Positions 25,839 to 36,243 are shown, numbered from the stretch's first letter. The stretch is 64,000 nt of DNA from Actinomycetota bacterium (GCA_016870475.1 VGBO01000006.1:4175-68174), one strand, 5' to 3'. Numbers and translations: made by a program. The notes: generated by a model from the letters alone, not told the origin.

Positions 25839-26890
25839 GGTCGATCCCCTCCCTCCGGCGCGTTGGCCCGCAACCACGCCTCCGAATCCTCGAGCAGGCC
25901 CGCAGCCCCCGCCCAGCGCAGTCCGGTGACCGTCGCGCCGACGACGTTCGTCGCCGCGCACGCCGCACCCGACAGGTTCGCGTCGGTGAGGTCGGCACCC
26001 TCGAAGTCCGCGCCCTCGACATCGGCACCGGAGAGGTCCGCTCCGACGAGGCGAGCCCCGCGCAGGTCTGACAGCGACAGGTTCGCACCACGCAGATCGA
26101 CACCGGTCAGGTCCACGCCCCGCAGGTCGCACCCCTTGAGCGCGAGGGAACGGAGGTCGACGCAGCCGAGTGCGACCGGCGTCCAGGCGCGCAGGTCGAC
26201 CCCGATGAGCGGCCGGTCCCGGTACTTGTCATGCTCCGTCGCGGCGAGGAAGCGGGCGAGCTGCTCGGGTCGCACCGACCCGCTCACGAACCGCCGGTCG
26301 CCAGGCCACGGGTCGGCGTCGTTGTGGTAGCCCGACGTCCGCTCCCAGTAGCCGAGCCGGTCCTCGGCGAGCACCTCGACGAGCCGCACCCACTTGCAGC
26401 TCTTGGAGAAGTACCGGGACGGCGTGACGATCCGCACCGGGCCGCCGTGCGCGACATCGAGCGGTTCGCCGCCCGCATCCCACACGACCCAGGCGTCGTC
26501 GACGGCGACGTCGAGCGGGAGGCTCGTGTCGTGCGCCCGGGCCGAGGTCGCCTCGAACCGGACGAACCGTGCCCCCGGCCCGGTGCCCCCCGCTGCGGCG
26601 AGCACCTCCCGCAGCGGCACCCCGGTGAACGTGCACGCCAACCGCGACCAGCCGGTCACGCAGTGGATGTCGGCGCGGAGGGTCCGCGGACCGAGCGCGA
26701 CGAGGTCGTCGAAGCGGAGCGCCGTCGGCGCACGGAGGAGCCCGACGAGGTCGAGTCGGAACGTCGACCGGTCGAGGTCGCCGACCCCTGGACCGTCCTC
26801 GCCGGTCACGGGGAAGCGTCGGGTCAGCCGCTGCCCCGGCGGGACGGCGCCGGTCGCGACGTCGACGAGGGGGAGCGGCTCAGAAGCCAC
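25835..26890 (-). CDS. sulfite-oxidase-like molybdopterin-binding oxidoreductase domain fused to C-terminal pentapeptide repeats
   Basis: ORF 25835..26890. The N-terminal ~200 aa read ...LRADIHCVTGWSRLACTFTGVPL...GGPVRIVTPSRYFSKSCKWVRLVEV...GYWERTSGYHNDADPW. The C-terminal ~120 aa read CDLRGVDLTGVDLRGANLSLSDLRGARLVGADLSGADVEGADFEGADLTDANLSGA. Confidence 0.8.
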   Translation of the reverse strand: MASEPLPLVDVATGAVPPGQRLTRRFPVTGEDGPGVGDLDRSTFRLDLVGLLRAPTALRFDDLVALGPRTLRADIHCVTGWSRLACTFTGVPLREVLAAAGGTGPGARFVRFEATSARAHDTSLPLDVAVDDAWVVWDAGGEPLDVAHGGPVRIVTPSRYFSKSCKWVRLVEVLAEDRLGYWERTSGYHNDADPWPGDRRFVSGSVRPEQLARFLAATEHDKYRDRPLIGVDLRAWTPVALGCVDLRSLALKGCDLRGVDLTGVDLRGANLSLSDLRGARLVGADLSGADVEGADFEGADLTDANLSGAACAATNVVGATVTGLRWAGAAGLLEDSEAWLRANAPEGGDRP

Positions 26891-27536
26891 GCAGCTCCGC
26901 GAACTCCTCGAACGGCGCCCGCCGGGTGCGCAACGCGTTGATCGGTGCGTCCGGGTCGCGGTACCCGAGCGCCATGCCGGAGAACAACATCAACTCCTGG
27001 GGGAGTTCCAACACGTCGGCGACGACGTCGTGGTACTGCGCCCAGAACTCCTGCGCGCAGGTGTCGAGTCCGAGCTCGACGGCGAGGAGCATGAAGGTCT
27101 GCATGTACATCCCGACGTCGGACCACTGCGGCGCGCCGTGGTCGCGGTGCACGCAGAAGAACAACCCGACCGGCGCGCCGAACAGCTCGGCGTTGCGGCC
27201 GAACTGGGCGAGTCGCCCGGCCTTGTCCTCGCGCGGGATGCCGACGGTCGCGTACATGTCCTCACCGCACTCGAACCGGCGGGTGCGGTAGGGGTCGGTG
27301 AGCTCACGCGGGTAGATGTCGTACTCGGTGCGGGACGGCTTGCGGCCGGCGACCCGCGTCTTCAGGTCCTCGAGTGCGTCACCCGCGAGCGCGTACACGT
27401 GCCACGGCTGCAGGTTCCCGCCGCTCGCCGCCTGCTGGGCCGCGGTGATGAGGCGCCGCACCGTCGCTTCCGGAACCGGGTCCGGGAGGAACGAGCGCAC
27501 CGAGATCCGGCGCTCGACGGCTTCGAAGACGTCCAT
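26880..27536 (-). CDS. nitroreductase family protein
   Basis: ORF 26880..27542 (ATG 27536 preferred, with GGGG upstream): RISVRSFLPDPVPEATVRRLITAAQQAASGGNLQPWHVY...LLAVELGLDTC. It overlaps the next gene by 11 nt. Confidence 0.85.
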   Translation of the reverse strand: MDVFEAVERRISVRSFLPDPVPEATVRRLITAAQQAASGGNLQPWHVYALAGDALEDLKTRVAGRKPSRTEYDIYPRELTDPYRTRRFECGEDMYATVGIPREDKAGRLAQFGRNAELFGAPVGLFFCVHRDHGAPQWSDVGMYMQTFMLLAVELGLDTCAQEFWAQYHDVVADVLELPQELMLFSGMALGYRDPDAPINALRTRRAPFEEFAELRGF

Positions 27537-27584
27537 GACCAACCCCTGTCGTCGTGGCAGCCCCGACGGCCACGTGGCGGGACG

Positions 27585-28664
27585 CTAGTGGTTCGGCCCG
27601 GGGGGCTCGGAGGAATCGGCGTCGGTGATCCGGTAGGTGCGCACCGCCGTCGCCCGGAGCAGGGCGTCGCGCTCCGTCGGGTCGTACGCGCCGGCGATCC
27701 GCTTGAACGCGTTCCAGAGCACCACGTAGCCGACCGACTCACCGTCGACGGGGTAGTTCGACTCGAACATGCACCGGTCCGGCCCGAAGGCGTCGATGCA
27801 CCGACGGATCTCGTCCCCCCAGAGCGCCACGAGGTCGTCGGAGGTCGGCGGCCGTTCCCAGGCCTCCCAACCGGCGCCGTAGCGCGGCATGCCGATCCCG
27901 CCGAGCTTCACGACGACGTTCGGACACTCGGCGAGGGTGCGCATCGACGCCCACCAGTCGGCGAGCACGGCGTCACGCCGGCCGGCGTAGGGGCCGATGC
28001 CGAGCGGGGCGCCGAGATGGTTCAGCACGATCGTCGCCTCGGGCACGGCCCGGGCGAGCGCGGCGAGTCGCGGCAGGGTCGGGTGGTACTGCCAGGCGTC
28101 GAAGGAGAGGCCGCGCGCTGCGAGGGTGCGCAACCCCGTGCGGAACGCCGGGAGGTCGTAGAGGTCCGCCGGTGGGTCGGTGTGCGAGTTCGGCACGTCC
28201 GGCGAGGCGTCCCACCCCGCCGCGTGACGGATCCCCCGGAAGCGGCCCGCACCCGCCATCGTGTGAGCCTCGAGCACCTCCTCGACCGCGGCACCGAGCG
28301 TCAGGTCGGCGAAGGAGACGATCGCGCCGATGCGTGCACCCCCGCCCTCGTCACTGCGGCGAGCCCGCCCGGCGACGAACTCGGTCTCCCCGACCGGTCG
28401 CAACGGCTCCGGCCCGTCGGTGCGGTACGCGGCCATGCACTCCACGAACACCGTCGAGGTCACCCGGTGCCCCGCCCCGGTGTCGACGTGCAGGTCCTCG
28501 AGGTCGTAGCGCGGGTACCGCATCGTCGGCTCGGCCCACAGGTGGTGGTGCGGGTCGCACAGCTCGACGTCGGGGTCGACGGCGGCCTCGACGGTGCGGG
28601 CGAGTCGGACACGGTCCACGGCGCGGACGCTACTGCGGCGGAGGCCGGGCCGGGCCGGTACCAT
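27585..28664 (-). CDS. amidohydrolase family protein (Amidohydro_2 / PDC-hydrolase-like)
   Basis: ORF 27585..28664: ELCDPHHHLW...IVLNHLG...VVVKLGG...CMFESNYPVD. Start uncertain: ATG 28664 has no RBS, and GTG 28619 is the alternative. Confidence 0.85.
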   Translation of the reverse strand: MVPARPGLRRSSVRAVDRVRLARTVEAAVDPDVELCDPHHHLWAEPTMRYPRYDLEDLHVDTGAGHRVTSTVFVECMAAYRTDGPEPLRPVGETEFVAGRARRSDEGGGARIGAIVSFADLTLGAAVEEVLEAHTMAGAGRFRGIRHAAGWDASPDVPNSHTDPPADLYDLPAFRTGLRTLAARGLSFDAWQYHPTLPRLAALARAVPEATIVLNHLGAPLGIGPYAGRRDAVLADWWASMRTLAECPNVVVKLGGIGMPRYGAGWEAWERPPTSDDLVALWGDEIRRCIDAFGPDRCMFESNYPVDGESVGYVVLWNAFKRIAGAYDPTERDALLRATAVRTYRITDADSSEPPGPNH

Positions 28665-28693
28665 GCGGCGGCAGAGCGGTAGGGGAGGACCTC

Positions 28694-30433
28694 GTGCACG
28701 ATCTCGTGATCACCGGCGGCACCGTGGTGGACGGCACCGGGGCGGCGCGCCGCCGCGCGGATGTCGCCGTGACGGACGGGCGCATCGTCGCGGTCGGCGA
28801 CGACGTCGGGGCCGGGCGTCGGACCATCGACGCCGAGGGACGCATCGTCACCCCCGGGTGGGTCGACATCCATACGCACTACGACGGCCAGATCACCTGG
28901 GACCCCGACCTCGCACCGTCGTCGGTCAACGGGGTCACGTCGGTCGTGGTGGGCAACTGCGGCGTCGGCTTCGCCCCCGCACGCCCCGACCGCCACGAAT
29001 GGCTCATCCAACTCCTCGAGGGCGTCGAGGACATCCCGGGGACGGCGCTCACCGAAGGGCTCAGCTGGGGCTGGGAGAGCTTCACCGACTACCTCGACGT
29101 GCTCGACGGATGCCAGTGGACGCTCGACGTGGGGACGCAGATGCCGCACGCGGCGCTGCGCACCTACGTGCTCGGCGACCGCGGTGCCGACCACCTGGTG
29201 CGCGCCGACGCGGACGAGATCGAGGCGATGTCCCGCCTCGCCGAAGAAGCCGTGCGCGCCGGCGCGCTCGGTTTCACCACGTCGCGCACCTGGGCGCACC
29301 GAACCAGCATCGGTACCCAGATCGGCACGCTCACTGCGTCGGCGGACGAGGTGCTCGGCATCGCCTCGGCGCTGCGGCGTGCCGGAACGGGTGTGATCCA
29401 GCTCATCTCCGACGTGTACCAGTCGGCGGACGACGAGCTCGTCCGCAACGAGCACGCCCTCCTCGGACGGATCGCCACCGAGATCGGTCGGCCGATGAGC
29501 TTCACCGTCCAGCAGAACGACCAGACCCCGAACCGGTTCCGGGAACTCCTCGCCGGGATCGGCGAGTGGAACGCCGCAGGCGCCCACGCCCGGGCGCAGG
29601 TCGGTGTGCGACCCATCGGCGTGCTCATCGGGTTGTCGGCGTCATCGTGCCCGCTGAACTTCTGCCCCACCTACAAGCAGCTCCGCAAGCGACCGCTCGC
29701 CGAGAAGGTGGCGGAGCTGCGCAAGCCCGAGGTGCGGGAACGACTCCTCGCCGAACACGCGGCGGCGAACGTGCGGGACTTCTTCGCGCTCATCCACGGT
29801 GCGTTCGACCGGATGTACCCGCTCACCGACCCGCCGGACTACGAGCCGACGCCCGAGCGCTCGGTCGCCGGGATCGCCGCCCGTGAGGGCCGAGCCCCCG
29901 CCGAGGTGCTCTACGACCTCCTCCTCGACGACGACGGGCGGCGCCTGCTCTACATCCCGCTCATGAACTACGCGCACGGGAACCTCGACGACCTGCGCGA
30001 GATGCTGACGTCGGAGTACGCGCTGTTCGGGCTGTCCGATGCCGGTGCGCACTGCAACGCGATCTCCGACGGCACCTTCCCGACGACCGCGCTCACGCTG
30101 TGGGCGCGTGATCGCAGCCGTGGCGAGGGGCTCCCCCTCGAGCACGTCGTGCACCACCAGACCCAGCGCACCGCCGCGCACGTGGGCTGGAAGGACCGTG
30201 GTGTCGTCGCCCCCGGCTACCTCGCCGACCTGAACGTCATCGACTTCGACGGTCTGCGTCTCCGGCCGCCGCACCTCGTCGCCGACCTCCCCGCGGGCGG
30301 TACCCGCCTGCTGCAGGAGGCGGTCGGGTACGTGGCGACGGTGAAGCGCGGCGTCGTCACCGCCGAGCACGGGCGACTCACGGGCGAACGTCCGGGTCGC
30401 CTGCAGCGCGGCAGCCGTCCGTCGCCGGTCTGA
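28694..30433 (+). CDS. N-acyl-D-amino-acid deacylase (D-aminoacylase) family amidohydrolase, copy 1
   Basis: 3' part of ORF 28172..30433. AGGGGAGGA precedes GTG 28694: [13 protein letters not shown]...[18 protein letters not shown]...[11 protein letters not shown]...[10 protein letters not shown]. Confidence 0.9.
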   Translation: MHDLVITGGTVVDGTGAARRRADVAVTDGRIVAVGDDVGAGRRTIDAEGRIVTPGWVDIHTHYDGQITWDPDLAPSSVNGVTSVVVGNCGVGFAPARPDRHEWLIQLLEGVEDIPGTALTEGLSWGWESFTDYLDVLDGCQWTLDVGTQMPHAALRTYVLGDRGADHLVRADADEIEAMSRLAEEAVRAGALGFTTSRTWAHRTSIGTQIGTLTASADEVLGIASALRRAGTGVIQLISDVYQSADDELVRNEHALLGRIATEIGRPMSFTVQQNDQTPNRFRELLAGIGEWNAAGAHARAQVGVRPIGVLIGLSASSCPLNFCPTYKQLRKRPLAEKVAELRKPEVRERLLAEHAAANVRDFFALIHGAFDRMYPLTDPPDYEPTPERSVAGIAAREGRAPAEVLYDLLLDDDGRRLLYIPLMNYAHGNLDDLREMLTSEYALFGLSDAGAHCNAISDGTFPTTALTLWARDRSRGEGLPLEHVVHHQTQRTAAHVGWKDRGVVAPGYLADLNVIDFDGLRLRPPHLVADLPAGGTRLLQEAVGYVATVKRGVVTAEHGRLTGERPGRLQRGSRPSPV

Positions 30434-30447
30434 TCGCAGCGACCGAG

Positions 30448-32160
30448 GTGGTGCCGCCGATGACCACCGAGGAGGTCCCGGTCGTCATCGTCGGCGGCGG
30501 TCCCGTCGGGCTCGCCGCCGCAGTGGAACTCGCACGGCACGGTGTCCGCACCCTGCTCCTCGAACGGCACGAGTCGACCACGTGGCACCCCAAGGCCCGG
30601 AACCTCAACACGCGCACGCTCGAGATCGCCCGCGGTTGGGGTGACGACGTCGTCGGCGCTCTTCGAGCCGTGAACCTGCCTCCGGCGTGGACGAGTCACA
30701 TCGTCTACGCCCGCACGCTCGCGGGCGACGAAGTCGGACGGATGCGGACCCCGGGGTTCTCCGGCCCGGGCCCCGACGTCAGCCCTGAGATCCCGGTCCT
30801 GTCGTCACAGGACGTGTTCGAACCGATCCTGCGTCGCGCCGCGCTCGCCACCGGACGGTGCGACCTGCGGTTCGGCCACGAGGTCGTTGACGTCGTCGAA
30901 GGCGGCGGTGACGACGCGCATCGGGTCGTGCTCGAGGTCGCGGAACGCGCCACCGGGCGCACGTACCGGGTCGAGGCCGACTGGGCGATCGCGGCGGACG
31001 GCTCGCAGAGCCCGCTGCGCGACGCCCTCGGTATCGAGCTCGAGGGTCCCCGCGGGCTCGGCCACTTCGTGAACGTGTACTACCGGGCGAACCTCGATCG
31101 TTGGGTCGCGCACCGCCCGGCGATCCTGTACTGGGTGGCGACGGACGACCTGCGAGGAGTCTTCCAGCCGCTCGACGGGGCCGACCGGTGGCTCAGCCAG
31201 ATCGCGTACGACGGATCCGCCAGTGCGCTCGCCGAGTACACGTCGGAACGCTGCCTCGCGTGGCTGCGCGCCGCGGTGGGCTCGGACGACCTCGAGGCGG
31301 AGATCCTCTCCGTCGGCACGTGGACGATGAATGCCACCGTGGCCGACCGGTTGCGCCAAGGGCGGTTCGTGCTCGTCGGCGACGCCGCCCACCAGCTCCC
31401 GCCGAGCGGTGGATTCGGTGTGAACTCGGGCATCCAGGGCGTGCACAACCTCGCCTGGAAGCTCGCCGCGGTGCTCGACGGCTCGGCGTCGGTCTCACTC
31501 CTCGACACCTACGACGAAGAGCGGCGAGCGGTCGGCCGGTACAACGCCGACCGGTCGCTCGACAACTCCCGGATGGTCGGCAGGATCCAGGCGGCGGCAC
31601 TCGGCCGCGGCGGTCTCGACCCTGCCGAGGCCGTCGCCGCGTCACGCCGCTACGGGAACTTCACCGGCATGGAGCTCGGCTACCGGTACCGGTCGGCTGC
31701 CGTCGTCGACGACGGCTCGACCGACGTGGTGGTCGACGACGAGGTCGTCGACTTCGCACCCGACGCGCAACCGGGTCGCCGAGCGCCGCACGCCGCCATC
31801 ATCCGGGATGGGCTCGAACGATCGACTCTCGACCTGCTCGGACGGGACTTCGCCGTGCTCGCCGGGCCGTCGGGCGCCGCGTGGGAACGCGCCGCATCGG
31901 CGGCGGCACGGCGGACCGGTGTAGTCGTCGACGCCCATCGGATCGGCGCCGACGCAGCAGAGAATCACGTGGCGGGGACCGTCGCGACGACGTGGTCCGA
32001 CCGGGACGGTGCGTTCGCGGCGACCTACCGGATCGGCGCTACCGGCGCCGTGCTCGTCCGGCCCGACGGCCACGTCGCAGCCCGTTGGCAGGACGACACC
32101 GACGCGGCGGACCGCCTCGAGCGTGCGCTGTGCGCCGTGCTCGGACGAGCGTCGACCTGA
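30448..32160 (+). CDS. FAD-dependent aromatic-ring monooxygenase (PheA/TfdB-type hydroxylase)
   Basis: ORF 30448..32160: VVIVGGGPVGLAAAVELARHGVRTLLLER...WAIAADGSQS...VLVGDAAHQLPPSGGFGVNSGIQGVHNLAWKL. Start is either GTG 30448 or ATG 30460. Confidence 0.9.
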   Translation: MVPPMTTEEVPVVIVGGGPVGLAAAVELARHGVRTLLLERHESTTWHPKARNLNTRTLEIARGWGDDVVGALRAVNLPPAWTSHIVYARTLAGDEVGRMRTPGFSGPGPDVSPEIPVLSSQDVFEPILRRAALATGRCDLRFGHEVVDVVEGGGDDAHRVVLEVAERATGRTYRVEADWAIAADGSQSPLRDALGIELEGPRGLGHFVNVYYRANLDRWVAHRPAILYWVATDDLRGVFQPLDGADRWLSQIAYDGSASALAEYTSERCLAWLRAAVGSDDLEAEILSVGTWTMNATVADRLRQGRFVLVGDAAHQLPPSGGFGVNSGIQGVHNLAWKLAAVLDGSASVSLLDTYDEERRAVGRYNADRSLDNSRMVGRIQAAALGRGGLDPAEAVAASRRYGNFTGMELGYRYRSAAVVDDGSTDVVVDDEVVDFAPDAQPGRRAPHAAIIRDGLERSTLDLLGRDFAVLAGPSGAAWERAASAAARRTGVVVDAHRIGADAAENHVAGTVATTWSDRDGAFAATYRIGATGAVLVRPDGHVAARWQDDTDAADRLERALCAVLGRAST

Positions 32161-32175
32161 CGTCCGCCCGCCCGA

Positions 32176-33075
32176 TCAGTCGTGCCAGGTGCCCCGGACG
32201 ACGAACCCGGACCTCTCCTCGACGGCCTTCACCGTCGCAATGAGGTCCTCGTCCGCGTAGCCGCTCTCGAGGAACCCGCGGATCACTGCGTTCGCGGCGG
32301 CGCCCATCGGGGTCTCCACCCCCTGTTCCGCTGCGAGTTGCTGCGCGAGACCGATGTCCTTCGCGGCGAGCTCCACCGTGAACGTCGGACGCAGGCGGTC
32401 CTTCAGGATCACGCGGGTCGCGTTGTCCCACGCGGAGCTCGCCCCGCTCGAGGACGACACCAGGTCGCGCAACACGACCGGGTCGAGCCCGGCCTTGCCG
32501 CCGAGGACGATCGCTTCGATCGTGCCCATCATCCCGACGAACGCGAGCTGGTTGTTGATCAGCTTTGCGACGTTGCCCGCCCCGACACCACCGAGGTGGA
32601 ACACGCGCGCGCCGATCGCCTCGAACGCAGGGCGGAACCGGTCGAACTGTGCGGCGTCGCCGCCGACCATGACGGCGAGCGTGCCGTCGCGCGCGCCGCG
32701 GACACCACCGGAGACCGGCGCGTCGAGGAACCCGACGCCCCGCTCTGCGCACACCGCAGCGAGCTGTTGCACGACGGCGGGGGCGTTCGTCGACAGGTCG
32801 ATCACCGTCTGGCCGGCGGTGCAGCCGGCGAGCACGCCGTCCGGTCCCGTCACGACGGCCTCGACGATCGGCGGAGTCGGCAGGGACAGCAGGACCGCGT
32901 CCACGCCGGCCTCGGCGACTGCGCGCGGGCTGTCCGCCCACACGGCCCCGGCCACGATGAGTTCGTCGGCGACCTCCCGACGGGTGTCGAACACGACGAG
33001 GTCGTGTCCCGCAGCGACGAGGTTGGCCGCCATGGGGCCGCCCATGTTCCCGACACCCACGAACCCGAGGCGCAT
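32176..33075 (-). CDS. NAD(P)-dependent oxidoreductase, 3-hydroxyisobutyrate/6-phosphogluconate dehydrogenase-like
   Basis: 3' part of ORF 32176..33519, ATG 33075: MRLGFVGVGNMGGPMAANL...DAPVSGGVRGARDGTLAVMVGG...GAGNVAKLINN. Confidence 0.9.
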   Translation of the reverse strand: MRLGFVGVGNMGGPMAANLVAAGHDLVVFDTRREVADELIVAGAVWADSPRAVAEAGVDAVLLSLPTPPIVEAVVTGPDGVLAGCTAGQTVIDLSTNAPAVVQQLAAVCAERGVGFLDAPVSGGVRGARDGTLAVMVGGDAAQFDRFRPAFEAIGARVFHLGGVGAGNVAKLINNQLAFVGMMGTIEAIVLGGKAGLDPVVLRDLVSSSSGASSAWDNATRVILKDRLRPTFTVELAAKDIGLAQQLAAEQGVETPMGAAANAVIRGFLESGYADEDLIATVKAVEERSGFVVRGTWHD

Positions 33076-33443
33076 CAGCGCTCGCCCTTCGCGCGGTCGG
33101 CGGCCACCTTGCGGGCGACGTTGTTCGTCACCACACCGAGCGGGAACCCGATGTAGGACGTGAGGAACAACGGCACCTCGGTGAGGTCGTCGTCGGTGAG
33201 GTCGCCCTTCGCCGTGCCGGCGCGGAACTGCAGCTTCAGGATCGTCTCGTTCCCCTGCGCGGCGGCGACGGCGAGGATCATCAGACGGCGCTCTCGTGTG
33301 GTGAGACCCGGACGGGTCCAGATCTCGGCGAACAGGTGCTCCATCGCCGACTGCTCGAAGGGGGCGGGCGTGTCGCTCGCCGTGGTCGTATAGACGTTCG
33401 AGAACACCTCGGCGCCGGTGCGGTAGCGGTCGGAAGTCGTCAT
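33075..33443 (-). CDS. carboxymuconolactone decarboxylase (CMD/AhpD-like) family protein
   Basis: Last 122 aa of the 1300-aa ORF 33075..36977, ATG 33443: HLFAEIWTRPGLTTRERRLMILAVAAAQGNE...LTEVPLFLTSYIGFP. Its stop overlaps the next ATG by 1 nt. Confidence 0.85.
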   Translation of the reverse strand: MTTSDRYRTGAEVFSNVYTTTASDTPAPFEQSAMEHLFAEIWTRPGLTTRERRLMILAVAAAQGNETILKLQFRAGTAKGDLTDDDLTEVPLFLTSYIGFPLGVVTNNVARKVAADRAKGER

Positions 33444-33506
33444 GGCGGCAGCCTTGCACACGACACCCGACGTCGGAGGCGGCGCCGCGTCGGCCATGCT
33501 GGCGGG

Positions 33507-35844
33507 GTGACCGTCGCACCGACCGGCTCCATCGAGCCCGCCGATCGTGGCCTCATCACAGCCGAGGTCGCGACAGGCCAGGCGGACGGTCGGGTGAACC
33601 GGGTCCCGCGGCCGCCGAGCCGCACGTTCGTCGGCATCCTGCGGGCGAACGTCGTCACCCCCTTCAACGCCGTCCTCGGGGGCCTGTTCGCCGTGGTCGT
33701 CGTGGTCGCCCCGGCGCAGGACGCGCTCTTCGGTCTCGTCATCGTCGCGAACATCCTCGTCGGCACCGTGCAGGAGGTCCGCGCGAAGAGGACCCTGGAC
33801 CGTCTGACGATCCTCGGCGCCCCGACGGTGCGGGTCGTCCGGGACGCCGCCGTGGCGACCGTCGGCGCCGACGAGGTCGTCCTCGACGACGTGATCGTCC
33901 TCGGTCCGGGCGACCAACTCGTCGTCGACGCCGTGGTGATCGACGCCGACGGTCTCGAACTCGACGAGTCGCTCGTGACCGGGGAGTCGGAGCCGTGCCG
34001 GCGCATCGTCGTCGGGGCGGGTGCGGGCGCACCGGGTCGGGGCGGCGGCGTTCGCGGCCGACCTCACCGAGCAGGCCCGCCGGTTCGCCGTCACCCGCTC
34101 GCCGCTGCAGGCCGACGTCACCACCATCCTGCGGGTCGTCGCCGTCGCTGTCGTACCGGCGGCTGCGCTCCTCGTCTCCGGGCAGGTCCGCTCCGGGCTG
34201 CCTGCCCGCGAGGCCGCGACACGGGCGGTCGCCGGAGTCGTCACCATGGTCCCCGAAGGACTTTTGCTGCTCACGAGCGTGGCGCTCGCCGTGGGCATCG
34301 TGCGGCTCGGTGCCCGGCGCTGCCTCGTGAAGGAACTGCCTGCGGTCGAGCTGCTCGCCCGGGTCACCGTCGTCTGCGTCGACAAGACCGGCACCCTGAC
34401 CGCAGGTGCGATCGAGCTCGTGCGGACCGAACCGCTCGACGGCACCGACCCTGCCGACGTCCGGGCGGCGCTCGGCGCCCTCGCGCACGGCGACCCGAAC
34501 CCGAACGCGACGATGCGGGCGGTCGCGGCGGCGTGTCCGTCCCCGGAGGGGTGGACGGAAACGGCGCGGGTCCCCTTCGACTCGGCACGCAAGTGGAGCG
34601 GGGCGACATTCACCTCGCCCGACGGCGAGGTCCGCGAGTTCGTCGTCGGCGCACCCGAGTTCGTCACCGGCGACGCCGTGACCCTGGCACGCGTCGCCGA
34701 GATCGTCGCGGACGGCCACCGCGTCGTTCTCGTCACCGCCGGTGGGACACCGCACGCGCTCCTCGTGCTCGAGGAACAGGTGCGACCCGACGCTGCCGAC
34801 ACCATTGCGTACTTCGGTCGCCAGGGCGTGACGCTCAAGGTCATCTCGGGCGACAACCCGGCGACCGTCGCAGCGATCGCCGACCGGCTCGGCGTGCCTG
34901 GCGCCCGTCGAGCCGTCGACGCCCGCACGCTCGACGACGGCGACGTTGCCGGGTTCGATGCCGCCGTGCTCGACGCGACCACCTTCGGTCGGGTGACCCC
35001 GCACCAGAAGCGGGCGATGGTCGGTGCGTTGCAGCGGGCCGGGCACGTCGTTGCGATGACCGGCGACGGGGTGAACGACGTGCTCGCCCTCAAGGACGCC
35101 GACCTCGGGATCGCCATGGGGCAGGGGAGCGCCGCCATGAGAGCGGTCGCGTCCGTGGTGCTCCTCGACGACGCGTTCGCGTCGCTGCCCGCCGTGGTCG
35201 CCGAAGGGCGGCGGGTGATCGCCAACATCGAACGCGTCGCCGTGCTTTTCCTCACGAAGACCGTCGCAGCGTTGTGGCTGGCCACCACGACGGGCGTCGC
35301 CGGGATCCCGTACCCGTTCCTGCCCCGACACCTGAGCCTCATCTCGGCGACGACCATCGGGATCCCGGCGTTCGTGTTGGCGCTCGCCCCGGCGGCGGGT
35401 CCGGCTAGCGGGTCCTTCGTGCGGCGGGCGGCAGCGCGGGCGGTGGTCACCGGCACGGCGGCCGCTGTCGGTGCCGGCGGGGCGTTCGCGGTCGTCGATG
35501 GCCCGCTCGGTCGGCCGCTCGTCGAAGCGCAGACGGCGGCGACGGCGGCGCTCGTCGCCGTGATGCTCGCCGTGCTCGTCGTGGTCGCACGGCCCCTGAC
35601 CTGGCGGCGGGTCGTCCTCGTCGTCGGTATGGCGCTCGCTTCGGGGACGGCGTTCGTCGTTGCGCCGGCCCGGCGGTTCCTCGACCTCGTCGTGCTCGAC
35701 GCCGCCGTCGTGATGGTCACGGTGGGGGCGGTGGCGGCAGGTGTGGCGACCCTGCTCGTCGGGAACCTGATGGTCCTGCGCAGGACCGCCCGCGGCGAGG
35801 TACGTGAGCGAACGCGGTCCGAGAAGGTCCGACCCGGCGGCTGA
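33507..35844 (+). pseudogene. cation-transporting P-type ATPase (PEGL/DKTGT type, CtpE-like), interrupted by a +1 frameshift near 34005-34025
   Basis: The N-terminal part lies in ORF 33336..35408 (GTG 33507): ...NRVPRPPSRTFVGILRANVVTPFN...LDESLVTGESEP. The rest lies in ORF 34021..35844: ...MVPEGLLLLTSVALA...VCVDKTGTLT...MTGDGVNDVLALKDADLGIAM.... The total of 2338 nt is not a multiple of 3. Confidence 0.8.
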
Positions 35845-35870
35845 CCGACGGCGGACGGAAGGGTGTCCGC

Positions 35871-36230
35871 ATGTGCTTCGTCCGCTGGTTCTCCGACGTC
35901 GGTCGCGACGACGTCGCCGTCGTTGGCGGCAAGGTGGCGGCGCTCGGTGAGTTCCGTCGTGCCCTCGCTCCCGCCGGTGTCGACGTGCCGGACGGGTTCG
36001 CGGTGACGACGGCAGCGTTCCACGCCGCCTTCGAACACGCCGACACGGGGCCGGTCGTCACGGCGGAACTGCCGCCGTCGGTCGTGGGCGGCGCCGACCT
36101 CGCTGCGCTTGACGCTGCGACCGCGCGGGTGCGCGCCCGGTTCCTCGGCGTCCCGCTGCCCGAGGCCCTCGAGGCGGTCGTGCTCGACGCCCACCGTCAG
36201 CTGCTCCGGTCCTCCGCAGCCACCCGGGTC
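35871..36230 (+). pseudogene. 5' fragment (~120 codons) of a phosphoenolpyruvate synthase / pyruvate,water dikinase gene
   Basis: ORF 35871..36512 begins MCFVRWFSDVGRDDVAVVGGKVAALGEFRRALAPAGVDVPDGFAVTTAAF...LLRSSAAT, the PEP/pyruvate-binding domain start. The translation then degenerates into Arg/Gly-rich junk. Confidence 0.6.
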
Positions 36231-36243
36231 GCTCGGGCGGACG

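Noticed and set aside
25860-26200. Periodic DNA that repeats GACCTG/GTCGGC-like units, which could be mistaken for a tandem repeat or CRISPR-like array.
   Set aside because: It is the coding sequence of the pentapeptide-repeat domain (15-nt protein periodicity). There are no spacer/repeat structure and no cas genes.
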